Positions 16,353 to 26,095 are shown, counted from the first letter of the stretch. The stretch is 35,505 nt of DNA from Steroidobacteraceae bacterium (GCA_035630995.1 DASQJS010000155.1:1-35505); one strand, 5' to 3'. A program made the numbers and translations. The notes: generated by a model from the sequence alone, not told the origin.

Positions 16353-16751
16353 ATGCCCGCTACTGCAAAGCCGAACTACGGCACCGGCCGCCGCAAGACC
16401 GCCGCCGCCCGCGTCTACATGAAGGCCGGCACCGGCAAGATCACGGTGAACGAGCGTCCGCTCGACGAATTCTTCGGTCGTGAAACCGGTCGCATGATCG
16501 TTCGCCAGCCGCTCGAACTCGTGCAGCTCGCCAACAAGTTCGATTTCACCGTGTCGGTTTCCGGCGGCGGCATCACCGGCCAGGCCGGCGCCATTCGCCA
16601 CGGCATCACGCGCGCACTGATGGAATACGACCCGGAGCTGCGCAAGGCACTGCGCATCGCGGGCTTCGTCACGCGCGACGCGCGCGAAGTCGAACGCAAG
16701 AAGGTCGGCCGCCGCAAGGCGCGTCGTGGACCGCAGTACTCCAAGCGTTAA
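16353..16751 (+). CDS. rpsI: 30S ribosomal protein S9
   Basis: [13 protein letters not shown]...[19 protein letters not shown]...[26 protein letters not shown]. Confidence 0.95.
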   Translation: MPATAKPNYGTGRRKTAAARVYMKAGTGKITVNERPLDEFFGRETGRMIVRQPLELVQLANKFDFTVSVSGGGITGQAGAIRHGITRALMEYDPELRKALRIAGFVTRDAREVERKKVGRRKARRGPQYSKR

Positions 16752-16784
16752 CAACGCTGGTATTGTTCGCAGACGGCCGGTTTT

Positions 16785-16858
16785 TGGGAGATCGTCTAGC
16801 GGTAGGACAACGGACTCTGACTCCGTTTACCTAGGTTCGAATCCTAGTCTCCCAACCA
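16785..16858 (+). tRNA. tRNA-Gln (anticodon CUG)
   Basis: Hand-folded cloverleaf. Acceptor TGGGAGA/TCTCCCA with the U1-A72 pair typical of tRNA-Gln. D arm GTCT/GGAC. Anticodon stem ACGGA/TCCGT with loop CT-CTG-AC. T arm CTAGG-TTCGAAT-CCTAG. Discriminator A and an encoded CCA. Confidence 0.9.
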
Positions 16859-16864
16859 AACAGG

Positions 16865-16907
16865 AAACCCGCCCGCTTCTTCGAAAGAAGGGGCGGGTTT
16901 CTTTTTT
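16865..16907 (+). terminator. rho-independent terminator after tRNA-Gln
   Basis: AAACCCGCCC-CTTCTTCGAAAGAAG-GGGCGGGTTT followed by CTTTTTT. Confidence 0.8.
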
Positions 16908-16922
16908 AGGGAGTAGTTAGTG

Positions 16923-18710
16923 ATGAAGCGATTTGCGTTGCTCGCCTCGATGTTCCTCGGCGCCGCCACATCCGGCGTCGTGCACGCCGCGGAGTCACGC
17001 GCCGCGCAGCTGAACACCATGTACGCCGAGTTCTGGGAGGAGTACCTCAAGCTCAACCCGATCACGGCCACCTTCGCCGGCGATCCCCGCTACAACGCGG
17101 AACTGCCGAATTTCCTGACTACCGGGTTCGAGCAGCAGTCGAAGAGCTTCCACAAGAAGTACCTCGAACGCGCCAAGGCCATCGGCACCGATGGACTCAC
17201 CGGCCAGGACCGCCTCTCGTACGACATCTTCACGCTGAATCGCGAGTCGACACTCGAGCAGTTCGAGTTTCCCGACCGGCTGCTGCCCATCGATCAGTTT
17301 CAGAACATCGCCAACTACTTCGCCCAGTTCGGTTCCGGCACGAGCGCGCAACCCTTCGCCACCGTCAAGGACTACGACGACTGGCTGAAACGCGCGGTGC
17401 TGTTTTCCGCAGTGCTCGATCAGGCCATCGTGAACATGCGCGAGGGCGTGAAAGCCGGCATCGTGCAGCCGCGTGTGCTCATGGAGAAGGTGCTGCCGCA
17501 GCTCGATGCCAACATCGTCGACGACGTGGAGAAGAGCATCTTCTGGGGTCCCATAACGAACCTTCCAAAGGATTTTTCCGCAGCGGACCGTGAACGCCTG
17601 ACCGCGGCATTCCGGACTTTGTTCGGCACGCAGGTCATTCCGACCTACAAGCGCCTGCGCGCCTATATCGCCGACGAGTACCTGCCCAGGACGCGCGCGA
17701 CCTTCGGTATGGGCGCACTGCCGAACGGGGCTGCCTGGTACGCCCACCGGGTGCACGACAACACCACGCATTCGATGACACCCGCGCAGGTGCATCAGAT
17801 CGGCCTTGATGAGGTGGCGCGCATCCAGGACGGCATGCGCGCCGTGGCGAAGGACCTCGGCTATACCAAGCCAACGAAGTCATTGCTCGAACTCAAGGCT
17901 TTCTTCGAATGGATGAAGGCGCGCAATGACATGTACTTCTCCTCGCGCGAGGAGTTGTTATCCGCATACCAGAAGTTCTACAGCGACGTGGATCCGCTGC
18001 TGCCGGCCTATTTCAATCTGCGGCCCAAGACCAGCTACGAAGTGCGCCTGGTCGAGCCATTCCGCGAAGCCTCGGCGTCCTCCGGCCAGTACCAGGGCCC
18101 CTCGCTGGATGGCAAACGCGGCGGCGTTTTCTTCGTGAACGCCTATGACCTCAAGGCCCGTCCGCGCTGGGCGCTGGCTTCGCTGTCGTTGCACGAAGCC
18201 GCGCCGGGCCATCATTTCCAGATCTCGTTGCAACGTGAGCTCGGCGACCTGCCGATGTTCCGCCGCTTCTCGAGCGATACCGCCTACATCGAAGGGTGGG
18301 GGCTATACGCCGAGTACCTTGGCTATGAAATGGGCATCTACAAGGATCCGGTGGCGCGCTTCGGCGCGCTCGATGCCGAGTTGTGGCGCTCGATCCGCCT
18401 CGTGACCGATACGGGGATTCATTTCAAGGGATGGACGCGCCAGCAGACTCTCGACTACATGTACGCGAACTCGCCGGCGGAGGAGACGCGCGCCGTGTCC
18501 GAAGCAGAACGGTTTGCCGCCATTCCCGGCCAGGCGCTCGCATACAAGATTGGCCAGTTGAAGATCGTTGAACTACGCAAGCGTGCCGAAAAGGCGCTGG
18601 GTGCGAAGTTCGACGTAAAGAAGTTCCACGACGAAGTGCTGAAAGACGGCGCCATTCCGCTCGACGTGCTGGACGCCAAGATCGATCGCTGGATCAAGGC
18701 GAATCGCTGA
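16923..18710 (+). CDS. secreted DUF885-family protein (putative metallopeptidase-like)
   Basis: Signal peptide MKRFALLASMFLGAATSGVVHA and the family hallmark HEAAPGHHFQ. About 595 aa. Confidence 0.82.
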   Translation: MKRFALLASMFLGAATSGVVHAAESRAAQLNTMYAEFWEEYLKLNPITATFAGDPRYNAELPNFLTTGFEQQSKSFHKKYLERAKAIGTDGLTGQDRLSYDIFTLNRESTLEQFEFPDRLLPIDQFQNIANYFAQFGSGTSAQPFATVKDYDDWLKRAVLFSAVLDQAIVNMREGVKAGIVQPRVLMEKVLPQLDANIVDDVEKSIFWGPITNLPKDFSAADRERLTAAFRTLFGTQVIPTYKRLRAYIADEYLPRTRATFGMGALPNGAAWYAHRVHDNTTHSMTPAQVHQIGLDEVARIQDGMRAVAKDLGYTKPTKSLLELKAFFEWMKARNDMYFSSREELLSAYQKFYSDVDPLLPAYFNLRPKTSYEVRLVEPFREASASSGQYQGPSLDGKRGGVFFVNAYDLKARPRWALASLSLHEAAPGHHFQISLQRELGDLPMFRRFSSDTAYIEGWGLYAEYLGYEMGIYKDPVARFGALDAELWRSIRLVTDTGIHFKGWTRQQTLDYMYANSPAEETRAVSEAERFAAIPGQALAYKIGQLKIVELRKRAEKALGAKFDVKKFHDEVLKDGAIPLDVLDAKIDRWIKANR

Positions 18711-18729
18711 TCGGAGTGAAAAAGGGGTC

Positions 18730-18771
18730 AGGCACCGTTTTCCAGGAAACGGTGCCTGGCACCATTTTTTC
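18730..18771. terminator. bidirectional rho-independent terminator between convergent genes
   Basis: 12-bp stem CAGGCACCGTTT / AAACGGTGCCTG, flanked by an A-run upstream (GTGAAAAAGGGG) and ATTTTTT downstream. Confidence 0.75.
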
Positions 18772-20038
18772 AGTCGATGAGGGCTTGAAAAAGCGTCGCG
18801 TCGAACTTGTCGCGGATGTCCGTGTCGTTCGGAATCATCTGCAGCATGAGCACGATGGTCAGGCGCTCTTCGGGATCCACGCGATACCAGGTGCCGTACG
18901 CGCCACCCCAGCCCCAGGAACCCACCGACGACATGCCGCTCACACCGTACTTGTCGTGGGTTTCGAAGCCATAGCCGAATCCCAGGCCCCGCGGGCTCTT
19001 GAGATCGGCGATCTGGTTGGTGGTCATGAGCTTCACTGCATGCGGTGAGAGGATGCGCACTTTGCCCAGTGCGCCGCCATTACGCAGCGCCTCGAGGAAG
19101 GTGGCGTAGTCGCGCGCCGTGGAAACCAGGCCGGCCCCGCCCGAGTAGCTCTTGCGTGGACCCTTGACGTAGTCACCCTGGCCGCGAGGCCCTTCGGGTG
19201 CCTTCACGATCTTGCCGCCGGGACCGCTGCCGTACACGACCGCGAGCCGGCCGGCCTTATCGGCGGGTAGATAGAACACGGTGTCCGGCATCCCCAGTGG
19301 CCCGGTGATGCGTGAGCGGATGTACTCATCCAGGGAAACGCCCGAAGCCTTCTCGACGATGCACCCGAGCACATCGGTGTTGTAGCCATACACGAAGCGT
19401 TCGCCGGGTTGCGCCTCAAAGGGCAGGGTCCCGAGGCGCTCCATGGTCGTGCAGATGGGCTCGTCCTTGTCGGCGAAATACCAGCCGATGCCAGCCGCCA
19501 GCCCCAGGCCCTTGGGTTCGTAAAGCGAATTGAACTCCGGCTGCTGGCCGTAGTTGATTCCCGCGGTGTGGGTGAGCAGGTCCTTGATGGTGATGGGGCG
19601 CTTCGCGGCGGTGGTGGTCCAGGTGGTGCTGTTCTCGACGCGCGTGAGCACGCTGGTCCTCTCGAAAGTGGGAATCCACTTTCCGGCGCGATCGTTCACC
19701 GTGAGTTTGCCTTCCTCCATGAGCGAAAGGATGGCCACGCTGGTCAGCGCCTTGGACTGCGAGGCGATGCGGAAGATGGTGTCCATGGTCATCTTCTGGC
19801 CCGCTTCCTTGTCGCGCCAGCCCGTGGCGTGCTGGTACACGGGTTTTCCGTCACGCAGTACCAGTGCAACGATGCCGCCGATGCGGCCGTCGTTCACATA
19901 GCCATCGAGCAACGCGTCCATGCGCTGCAGGCGCTCGACGGAGAAGCCATCGCGAACCGTGTCCGCCTGCGCGTTGGCGGCCAGCAGCGACAGTGTGGCG
20001 GCGGCCAGCAGAGTGCGCACTTTCGAAGCAACGTTCAT
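18770..20038 (-). CDS. secreted serine hydrolase, beta-lactamase/transpeptidase-like family (class C / EstB-like)
   Basis: Signal peptide ending ANAQA, S-x-x-K active-site motif in FRIASQSKALTS, and later Y-x-N-type and GWGG motifs. Confidence 0.85.
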   Translation of the reverse strand: MNVASKVRTLLAAATLSLLAANAQADTVRDGFSVERLQRMDALLDGYVNDGRIGGIVALVLRDGKPVYQHATGWRDKEAGQKMTMDTIFRIASQSKALTSVAILSLMEEGKLTVNDRAGKWIPTFERTSVLTRVENSTTWTTTAAKRPITIKDLLTHTAGINYGQQPEFNSLYEPKGLGLAAGIGWYFADKDEPICTTMERLGTLPFEAQPGERFVYGYNTDVLGCIVEKASGVSLDEYIRSRITGPLGMPDTVFYLPADKAGRLAVVYGSGPGGKIVKAPEGPRGQGDYVKGPRKSYSGGAGLVSTARDYATFLEALRNGGALGKVRILSPHAVKLMTTNQIADLKSPRGLGFGYGFETHDKYGVSGMSSVGSWGWGGAYGTWYRVDPEERLTIVLMLQMIPNDTDIRDKFDATLFQALID

Positions 20039-20054
20039 CGTGAAACCTCGTTCA

Positions 20055-21617
20055 TCAGTTCAGGGTGGCCACGACCACGGATTTTGCAGGCAACTCGAAC
20101 ACCCATACATCGCCCTTGCGCTTCGCGCCGTTGAATACGGCGGGCTGCACGTTATTGGGCTTGTCGAACGTGTTGTGTGCGTTCATGGCGGCTGTGGTGA
20201 GCACGCGGGCGGATGCTTTGCCAGCGCTCCCGCCTGCGATCTTGAGCGTCACGCGCGCGGGCCGGTTGGGGTCGGTGTTCACCAGCGCCAGCGCGATCTG
20301 GCCGTCCGTGGCGCGCGCGGCCGAGACACTGACCGCCGGAATCGCCACCTCGCCGTGCTTGTATTCCGGAGTCATGAGCTCCGTGGGCAGCAGCGTGGCG
20401 TTCTGAAAGGGCTGGTACATCTCGAACACGTGGTACGTGGGCGTGAGCAGCATCTTTTCCTTGTCGGTGAGGATCATCGCCTGCAGCACGTTGATCATCT
20501 GCGCAATGTTGGTCATGCGCACGCGGTCCGCGTGGCTGTGAAACACGTTGAGGTTGAGTCCCGCGACGACGGCGTCGCGCAGCGTGTTCTGCTGGAACAG
20601 GAAGCCGGGGTTCGTGCCGGGCTCGACGTCGTACCACGTGCCCCACTCATCCACGTAAAGCGCCACCTTCTTCTGCGGATCGAACTTGTCCATGATCGCG
20701 GAGTGCTTCTTCACCATCTCGTCGATCGCGAGCGTGTGCTTGAGCGTGATGATCCAGTCGGCTTCGTTGAACGACAGCGCCGGGCCCTTGTTCTTCGTCT
20801 CGAAACTGCCGGAAGGCAGCGTGTAGTAATGCAGTGAATACGCGCCCATCTGCCGGACGGCATTCTTCATGACGACTTCGGTCCAGTCGTACCCGTCGCC
20901 GTAGGGTCCGCTGGCCACCTCGATGGGCGCGCTGTCGCGCGGCGCCTTGATGTTGAGCGCGTATTTCTTGTATTCGTCGGTGTAATACTCGGCACGCATG
21001 TCGCCGCCGCAGCCCCAGGGCTCGTTACCCACGCCGATGTAGTCGATCTTCCACGGCTTGTCGCGGCCGTTCTTGCGACGCTCATTGGCCAGCGCGGACT
21101 GCGAGGGCGAAGTGATGTACTCGACCCACTGCGACATTTCCTCCACCGTGCCCGAGCCCACGTTCACGGCCAGGTAGGTCTTGGCGCCCAGCATTTCTGC
21201 CAGCTCGAAGAACTCGTGAGTGCCGAACTCATTCGGCTCGATGACGCCGCCCCAGAACGTGTTCACGCGATGCGGGCGTTTGTCGCGCGCGCCGATGCCG
21301 TCGCGCCAGTGGTATTCGTCGGCGAAGCAGCCGCCCGGCCAGCGCAGCACCGGAACCTTGAGTTTCTTAAGCGCCGCGAGAGTGTCATTGCGAAATCCGC
21401 GCGTGTTCGGAATCGTCGAGTTCTCGCCCACCCAGATGCCTTCGTAGACATTGCGGCCGAGGTGTTCCATGAACTGGCCGTAGATGTTGGCGTCGATCTT
21501 GGCGCCCGGCTGATCCGCGCGGATGGTCAACTGCGCGCTGACAGGCTCGGGGTTCGACGCCCCGTGAACAGCACAGCTCAGCGTGGCCACGATGGCCAAC
21601 AGGATTCTCTTCGTCAT
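20055..21617 (-). CDS. abfA: secreted GH51 alpha-L-arabinofuranosidase
   Basis: IYGQFMEHLGRNVYEGIW, VLRWPGGCFADEYHWRDGIG and YIGVGNEPWGCGG (acid/base Glu in GNE) are GH51 hallmarks. An N-terminal signal peptide is present. Confidence 0.9.
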   Translation of the reverse strand: MTKRILLAIVATLSCAVHGASNPEPVSAQLTIRADQPGAKIDANIYGQFMEHLGRNVYEGIWVGENSTIPNTRGFRNDTLAALKKLKVPVLRWPGGCFADEYHWRDGIGARDKRPHRVNTFWGGVIEPNEFGTHEFFELAEMLGAKTYLAVNVGSGTVEEMSQWVEYITSPSQSALANERRKNGRDKPWKIDYIGVGNEPWGCGGDMRAEYYTDEYKKYALNIKAPRDSAPIEVASGPYGDGYDWTEVVMKNAVRQMGAYSLHYYTLPSGSFETKNKGPALSFNEADWIITLKHTLAIDEMVKKHSAIMDKFDPQKKVALYVDEWGTWYDVEPGTNPGFLFQQNTLRDAVVAGLNLNVFHSHADRVRMTNIAQMINVLQAMILTDKEKMLLTPTYHVFEMYQPFQNATLLPTELMTPEYKHGEVAIPAVSVSAARATDGQIALALVNTDPNRPARVTLKIAGGSAGKASARVLTTAAMNAHNTFDKPNNVQPAVFNGAKRKGDVWVFELPAKSVVVATLN

Positions 21618-21677
21618 TCGATTCCCCTCTGCCGGTGAGGTTGCGGCAACGCGTCGAAGACTAGCGGATTTATCCGC

Positions 21678-22130
21678 TCACAGCAGCCAGCGCGGCACTT
21701 TCGATTTGTATTCGTCCCATGCCGCGCCGTGTGTGCGCGCAAGCCACGGCTCTTCGCCAAACACCACGCGCAAATGGAATGCCACGATCACAAAACAGGT
21801 ATAGATCGCGAGTGTCGTTGACCAGAAACACAAGGCCCAGCCCGCGAGCATCATCGTGACTGCGACATACATGGGATTACGGCTGTAGCGGTACAGGCCG
21901 ACGCAGACCAGGTGCTGCGGTGGCGACCACGGTGCCAGCGTGCCTTTGCCGGAAACGTAGAAATCGCGAACGCACCACAACAGCAGTGCGAGGCCGGCGG
22001 CGAGCGGCAGCAACCCGACTGGCGCGAATCGTCCACCGGTATTCAGTTCACGAATGCCGATGGTGGCGGGGATCAGCAGCGCCACCACGCCGGGCAGCAC
22101 GAGAAACGCGAAGAGGGCGCGCAGGAACAT
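21678..22130 (-). CDS. membrane methyltransferase, isoprenylcysteine carboxyl methyltransferase (ICMT/PEMT-like) family
   Basis: Multi-TM 150-aa protein with LYRYSRNPMYVAVTMMLAGWAL and EEPWLARTHGAAWDEYKSKVPRW, the ICMT-type SAM-binding tail. Confidence 0.78.
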   Translation of the reverse strand: MFLRALFAFLVLPGVVALLIPATIGIRELNTGGRFAPVGLLPLAAGLALLLWCVRDFYVSGKGTLAPWSPPQHLVCVGLYRYSRNPMYVAVTMMLAGWALCFWSTTLAIYTCFVIVAFHLRVVFGEEPWLARTHGAAWDEYKSKVPRWLL

Positions 22131-22137
22131 GAACCAA

Positions 22138-22821
22138 CTACCGCGCGCGCAGGTCTTCCCGCCACTCGCCCACGGCGCGCGCCTCGACTTCGTGCTCCTC
22201 GTCGCGCCAGGTTTCCTGCAGCGCCGCCGAGTACCAATCCTTCATCGAGGCCAGCGCCAGGAGCTGAGCCGCATAGCGGCGCGCGCCACTGCCTATCGGC
22301 GGGTCATAAGTCTGGATGCGCAGCGCCACGGGCGCGTAGAAGGCATCGACGGCGCAGAAGCGCGGTCCCGTCAGGAACGGACCGCCGAAGCGATTCAGGC
22401 CATCGGCCCAGAGTTCTTCGAGTCTGGCGAGGTCGCGATTGAGTGCCGCGTCGATCGTACGGAGCTTGATGCGCAGCCCGCAGTTCATCGTGCAGGTATT
22501 GCGAAGCCCGAAGAAGCCGGAATGCATCTCGGCGCTGGCCGAGCGCGCCCAGGCGCGGGCGACCGCTTCGGCCGGCCAGACGCCTGCGTGTCGCTCGCCC
22601 ACGTATTCCGTGATGGCGAGCGAGTCCCAAACTGTGATCGAGCCGTCGACGAGGCACGGCACTTTGCCCGTCGGAGAGAAGTCGCGAAACGCGTGCGGGT
22701 TCTGCGAGCCCCCGAAGGGCACCAGGTTTTCGCGAAACGGGATGTTCAACTCGCGCAGGAGCACCCAGGGCCGCAGCGACCACGACGAGTAGTTCTTGTT
22801 GCCGATGAAAAGGTCGAACAC
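22138..22821 (-). CDS. glutathione S-transferase family protein
   Basis: SSWSLRPWVLL...TGKVPCLVDGSITVWDSLAITEYV is the thioredoxin-like GST N-domain, followed by a helical C-domain. Confidence 0.88.
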   Translation of the reverse strand: MFDLFIGNKNYSSWSLRPWVLLRELNIPFRENLVPFGGSQNPHAFRDFSPTGKVPCLVDGSITVWDSLAITEYVGERHAGVWPAEAVARAWARSASAEMHSGFFGLRNTCTMNCGLRIKLRTIDAALNRDLARLEELWADGLNRFGGPFLTGPRFCAVDAFYAPVALRIQTYDPPIGSGARRYAAQLLALASMKDWYSAALQETWRDEEHEVEARAVGEWREDLRAR

Positions 22822-22826
22822 GGGTT

Positions 22827-23315
22827 TTACTTCAGATTCTTGCTCACGAGTTCATACCCGGCGCGGTCGTCGAACCCGTGGCGCCGGTAGAAGTTTCGCG
22901 CCGCCTCGTTGCTGCGACCGAGCTGCAGCGAAACATTGGTGCAGCCCTCGAGGCGAAACTGCGCTTCGGCGATGGCCAGGATCTGGTGCCCCAGCCCCAG
23001 GCCGCGATGCGCCGGCACCACGAAGAACTCGTCGATCTCGGCCGTCAGGCCCTGGTGCTCGAGGCTGAACACGTAGACGGCCAGTAGATAGCCGGCAGGT
23101 TCGCCGTACAGCGTTGCCACCCACGCGCGCCCCAGGGTCTGGTCTTCCAGCACACGCGTGAGCAGCTTGCGCATGCGCGTGGCGTCGAATCCCTCGATGG
23201 CTTCGAAGCGCCAGTATTGTTCGACCATGGGCAGCAGCACTTCGACGTCGGAAGGTGCCGCGACCTGAATGCTGACCGCTTCAGTCCCGGGAGAGGTTTC
23301 GGTGGAGATTTGCAT
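22827..23315 (-). CDS. GNAT-family N-acetyltransferase
   Basis: EFFVVPAHRGLGLGHQILAIAE (acetyl-CoA pyrophosphate-binding R/Q-x-x-G-x-G/A motif) and ARNFYRRHGF. Start placed at ATG 23315 (MQISTE). Confidence 0.85.
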   Translation of the reverse strand: MQISTETSPGTEAVSIQVAAPSDVEVLLPMVEQYWRFEAIEGFDATRMRKLLTRVLEDQTLGRAWVATLYGEPAGYLLAVYVFSLEHQGLTAEIDEFFVVPAHRGLGLGHQILAIAEAQFRLEGCTNVSLQLGRSNEAARNFYRRHGFDDRAGYELVSKNLK

Positions 23316-23353
23316 TGCGCGATTCTCGCACACAGGATTTCGCAGGCGTCACG

Positions 23354-24676
23354 TTAGTTTCCGTCCGGCAGCCACAACGCCACGATGGCGCCACCACCGT
23401 CGCGGTTGGCGATGCGCAGGCGGCCGCCGTGCGCCTCGACAATTTCACGGCACAACGTGAGTCCGAGGCCTGTGCCGGTCTGTTTGGTCGAATAGAACGG
23501 CACCAGCGCATTCTCCAGCGCGGCCACCGAAAATCCGGGGCCGCGATCGCGAATCTCGACGGTACAACCACCGCCGGCAAGCGAGACCGCCAGTTCGATG
23601 TCGGCCGCCTCGGAACCCGACTCGCGGGCGTTTTTCAGCAGGTTGATGAGCGCCTGCTCGATCTGCGCGGCGTCGAAGCTGATGGCGCGATGCGGGGGAG
23701 TACCCACGGGCGTGAACTGCACTACGACGCGCAATCGCTCCAGCAGGACGTCCCATGCCACGGGCGCCACGCGCGGCTGCGGCAGCTTGGCGAACTGCGA
23801 ATAACCTTCGATGAACCCGGCGAGGTGCCGCGCGCGTTCTTCGATCGTGGCGAACACGCGGTTCAACTGCTCGGGATCGGGCGGCCCGCGTGCCAGGATC
23901 TGTCCCGAATGCGCCAGCGAGGATATGGGCGCCAGGGAGTTGTTCAGTTCGTGCGCGATGACGCGGATGACTTTTTTCCAGGTCGCCACCTCCTGCGAAT
24001 TGATTTCCCGCGTGAGTTGCTTGAGCAGCAGCAGCCTGTGCGGCAGGGCGTTCAACTGGAAGCGCCGCTGCGACACGTGATACACCTGCGGCTCGCCGCC
24101 GAGTTCTATCGTGAACAAAGTATCACCGCCGCGTTCGATGGCCTCGCGCAGCGGCGCGGGTGCGGCCTCGAGAAAACGTATGAAACGTTCACCTTCGAGC
24201 TTGCGGCCTGCGCCGAACAGCTGGCGTGCCGCCGTGTTGCTGTAGAGGACCGCGTCGCCCTCGTTGGTGAGCACCAGCGCGAGCGGCGTGGTCTGGATCA
24301 CCGTGTCCAGCATCAGTTCGCGCTGGTAGAGGCTCTGGCGCTCCACGCGAAGGCGATCGCCGAGGGTGTTGTAGGTGGTCACCAGGTCGCCCATCTCGTC
24401 TTGCGTGGCGCGGGTGACGCTCACGCTGAAATCGTGGTCCTTGAGGCTGGTAATGCCGTCGTTGAGCGCGCGGGCCATGCGGCTCCAGCGGGCGGCCAGC
24501 ACTGAACCGGACCAGGCTACGAGCGGGGTGAGCACGAGTGCTGCGGCGACGGTCGCCAACCACGGAGAGGCAATGAAGTATCGCGCCGTGGCGAGCGCGC
24601 CCAACGCCGCGAGCGCGACGCCGCCGAGCCAGGCGGTGGCCCAGCCGGCCATGGATCCTCTGAATGCCCAGTGCAT
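23354..24676 (-). CDS. sensor histidine kinase (2 TM with a minimal external loop, HAMP, PAS-like, HisKA, HATPase_c; NtrB/AtoS-like)
   Basis: TM1 WATAWLGGVALAALGALATA, a loop of about 7 aa (RYFIASP), TM2 WLATVAAALVLTPLVAWSGSVLA. H-box IAHELNNSLAPI, N-box LINLLKNARES, G-boxes DRGPGF and GTGLGLTL. Confidence 0.9.
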   Translation of the reverse strand: MHWAFRGSMAGWATAWLGGVALAALGALATARYFIASPWLATVAAALVLTPLVAWSGSVLAARWSRMARALNDGITSLKDHDFSVSVTRATQDEMGDLVTTYNTLGDRLRVERQSLYQRELMLDTVIQTTPLALVLTNEGDAVLYSNTAARQLFGAGRKLEGERFIRFLEAAPAPLREAIERGGDTLFTIELGGEPQVYHVSQRRFQLNALPHRLLLLKQLTREINSQEVATWKKVIRVIAHELNNSLAPISSLAHSGQILARGPPDPEQLNRVFATIEERARHLAGFIEGYSQFAKLPQPRVAPVAWDVLLERLRVVVQFTPVGTPPHRAISFDAAQIEQALINLLKNARESGSEAADIELAVSLAGGGCTVEIRDRGPGFSVAALENALVPFYSTKQTGTGLGLTLCREIVEAHGGRLRIANRDGGGAIVALWLPDGN

Positions 24677-24715
24677 GAATCCCGGGAATCGCCTTTTGTT
24701 AGTCCCTGGTGTCGA

Positions 24716-26095
24716 TCACCGGGACGGGGACTCCTTGATACCGAGTTTTTCCATGCGGCGATAGAGGGCCTGCCGGCTGATGCCGAGCTGGCGCGCAGCC
24801 TGCGCAACGATACTGCCGTTTTCGGCGAGCACACGTTCGATGGTGGCCCGATCGAGCACCGGATCATCGGAGCGCGCGGGCAAGACGGCCGGGAGGTTGA
24901 GCGCTGCGGCGTTGATGGGCGCTTCACCCGCGAGCAGCGCCGCGCGTTGCAGCACATTGCGAAGCTCGCGGACGTTACCCGGCCAGGAATAGTTGAGCAG
25001 CGCGCGCTCGGCGTCACTGGTGAGCCGCGCGCCGACGGGCAGGAATGCGCGGGTGAGCGGCAGCACGTCGTCGCGGCGCTCGGCCAGCGGCGGCAGCGCG
25101 AGTTCGATCACGCTGATCCGGTAGTACAGATCCTCGCGGAAGCGGCCTTCGCGCATCGCGTCGCGCAGCGGCATATTGGTCGCCGCGACGATGCGCACGC
25201 TGGCGCGTCGCGTGGTGTTGGAGCCCAGGCGCTCGTATTCGCCGGTCTGCAGCACTCGCAGTAGTTTGGCCTGGCCGGCGAGCGGCAGGTTGCCGATCTC
25301 ATCGAGGAACAACGTGCCGCCGTCGGCAGCCTCGAACCGGCCGGGGCGCTGTTTGGCGCCCGTGAACGCGCCCGCTTCCGTGCCGAAGAGCTCGGCTTCG
25401 ATGAGCTGGTCGGGCAGGGCACCGGCATTCACCTTCACATAGGGCTGGCTCTTGCGCGCGGAGTTCGCATGCACGATGTCGGCGAGCACTTCCTTGCCGG
25501 CGCCATTGGGTCCGGTGATGAGCACCGGTACGTCGGCATGTGCGACTTGCGCGGCCATGGACGCCACCGTGTGCAGCGCGTCGCTTTCGTAGACCAGGCC
25601 CCGCAGGTCGTAGCGCTCGGCGAGGCGGGCGCGTGCTTCGGCGCGCTGTACGCGCGTCGCCACGTTCTCCTCCACGGCCGCGCGCAACTCGAGCAGATTG
25701 CGCACCGTCGTCAGCAGGCGTGCGTCATCCCAGGGCTTGGCGATGTAGTCGGCGGCGCCGGCCTTGACGAGGTCCACGGCCGTCTCCAGATGGGTCCACG
25801 CGGTCAGCAGGATCACCGGTACATCAGGATGCAGCGCGCGCAGCTCACGAAAAAGCGCGACACCTTCCTCGCCGGAAGTCGCTTCGCGGCGGAAGTTCAT
25901 GTCCTGGATGATCAGGTCCACTTCCTGGGAACGCACGGTCGCGAGGGCCTCGGCCGGAGATGAAGCGCCGAGAACCCGCGCGCCGTGCAGGGACAACAGG
26001 ACCTGGAAGGCCGTTCTCACGGCTTCACTATCGTCAGCAACCAGTACTGTCCGGTGTGCCAGGCGGTCCTCTACGTGTGAAGTGACTGAAGTCAT
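24716..26095 (-). CDS. sigma-54-dependent response regulator (NtrC family: REC, AAA+, Fis-type HTH)
   Basis: REC domain VLVADD...DLIIQDMNF, Walker A ITGPNGAGKEV, the sigma-54 contact loop GAFTGA (EAGAFTGAKQ), Walker B GGTLFLDEIG, and C-terminal HTH AARQLGISRQALYRRMEKLGI. The start (26095 or 26140) is uncertain. Confidence 0.9.
   Translation of the reverse strand: MTSVTSHVEDRLAHRTVLVADDSEAVRTAFQVLLSLHGARVLGASSPAEALATVRSQEVDLIIQDMNFRREATSGEEGVALFRELRALHPDVPVILLTAWTHLETAVDLVKAGAADYIAKPWDDARLLTTVRNLLELRAAVEENVATRVQRAEARARLAERYDLRGLVYESDALHTVASMAAQVAHADVPVLITGPNGAGKEVLADIVHANSARKSQPYVKVNAGALPDQLIEAELFGTEAGAFTGAKQRPGRFEAADGGTLFLDEIGNLPLAGQAKLLRVLQTGEYERLGSNTTRRASVRIVAATNMPLRDAMREGRFREDLYYRISVIELALPPLAERRDDVLPLTRAFLPVGARLTSDAERALLNYSWPGNVRELRNVLQRAALLAGEAPINAAALNLPAVLPARSDDPVLDRATIERVLAENGSIVAQAARQLGISRQALYRRMEKLGIKESPSR

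Noticed and set aside
18753-18771. CTGGCACCATTTTTTC resembling a -24 element
   Set aside because: There is no GC dinucleotide at the -12 position, and the sequence is the 3' arm plus U-tract of the bidirectional terminator.
21922-21937. Second sigma-54-like motif, TGGCACCGTGGTCGCC, on the minus strand
   Set aside because: It lies inside the ICMT-like coding sequence, has TCGC instead of TTGC at -12, and has no upstream enhancer-like repeats. In GC-rich DNA this is most likely a chance match. It would only be worth revisiting if 5'-end mapping shows an internal start for abfA.
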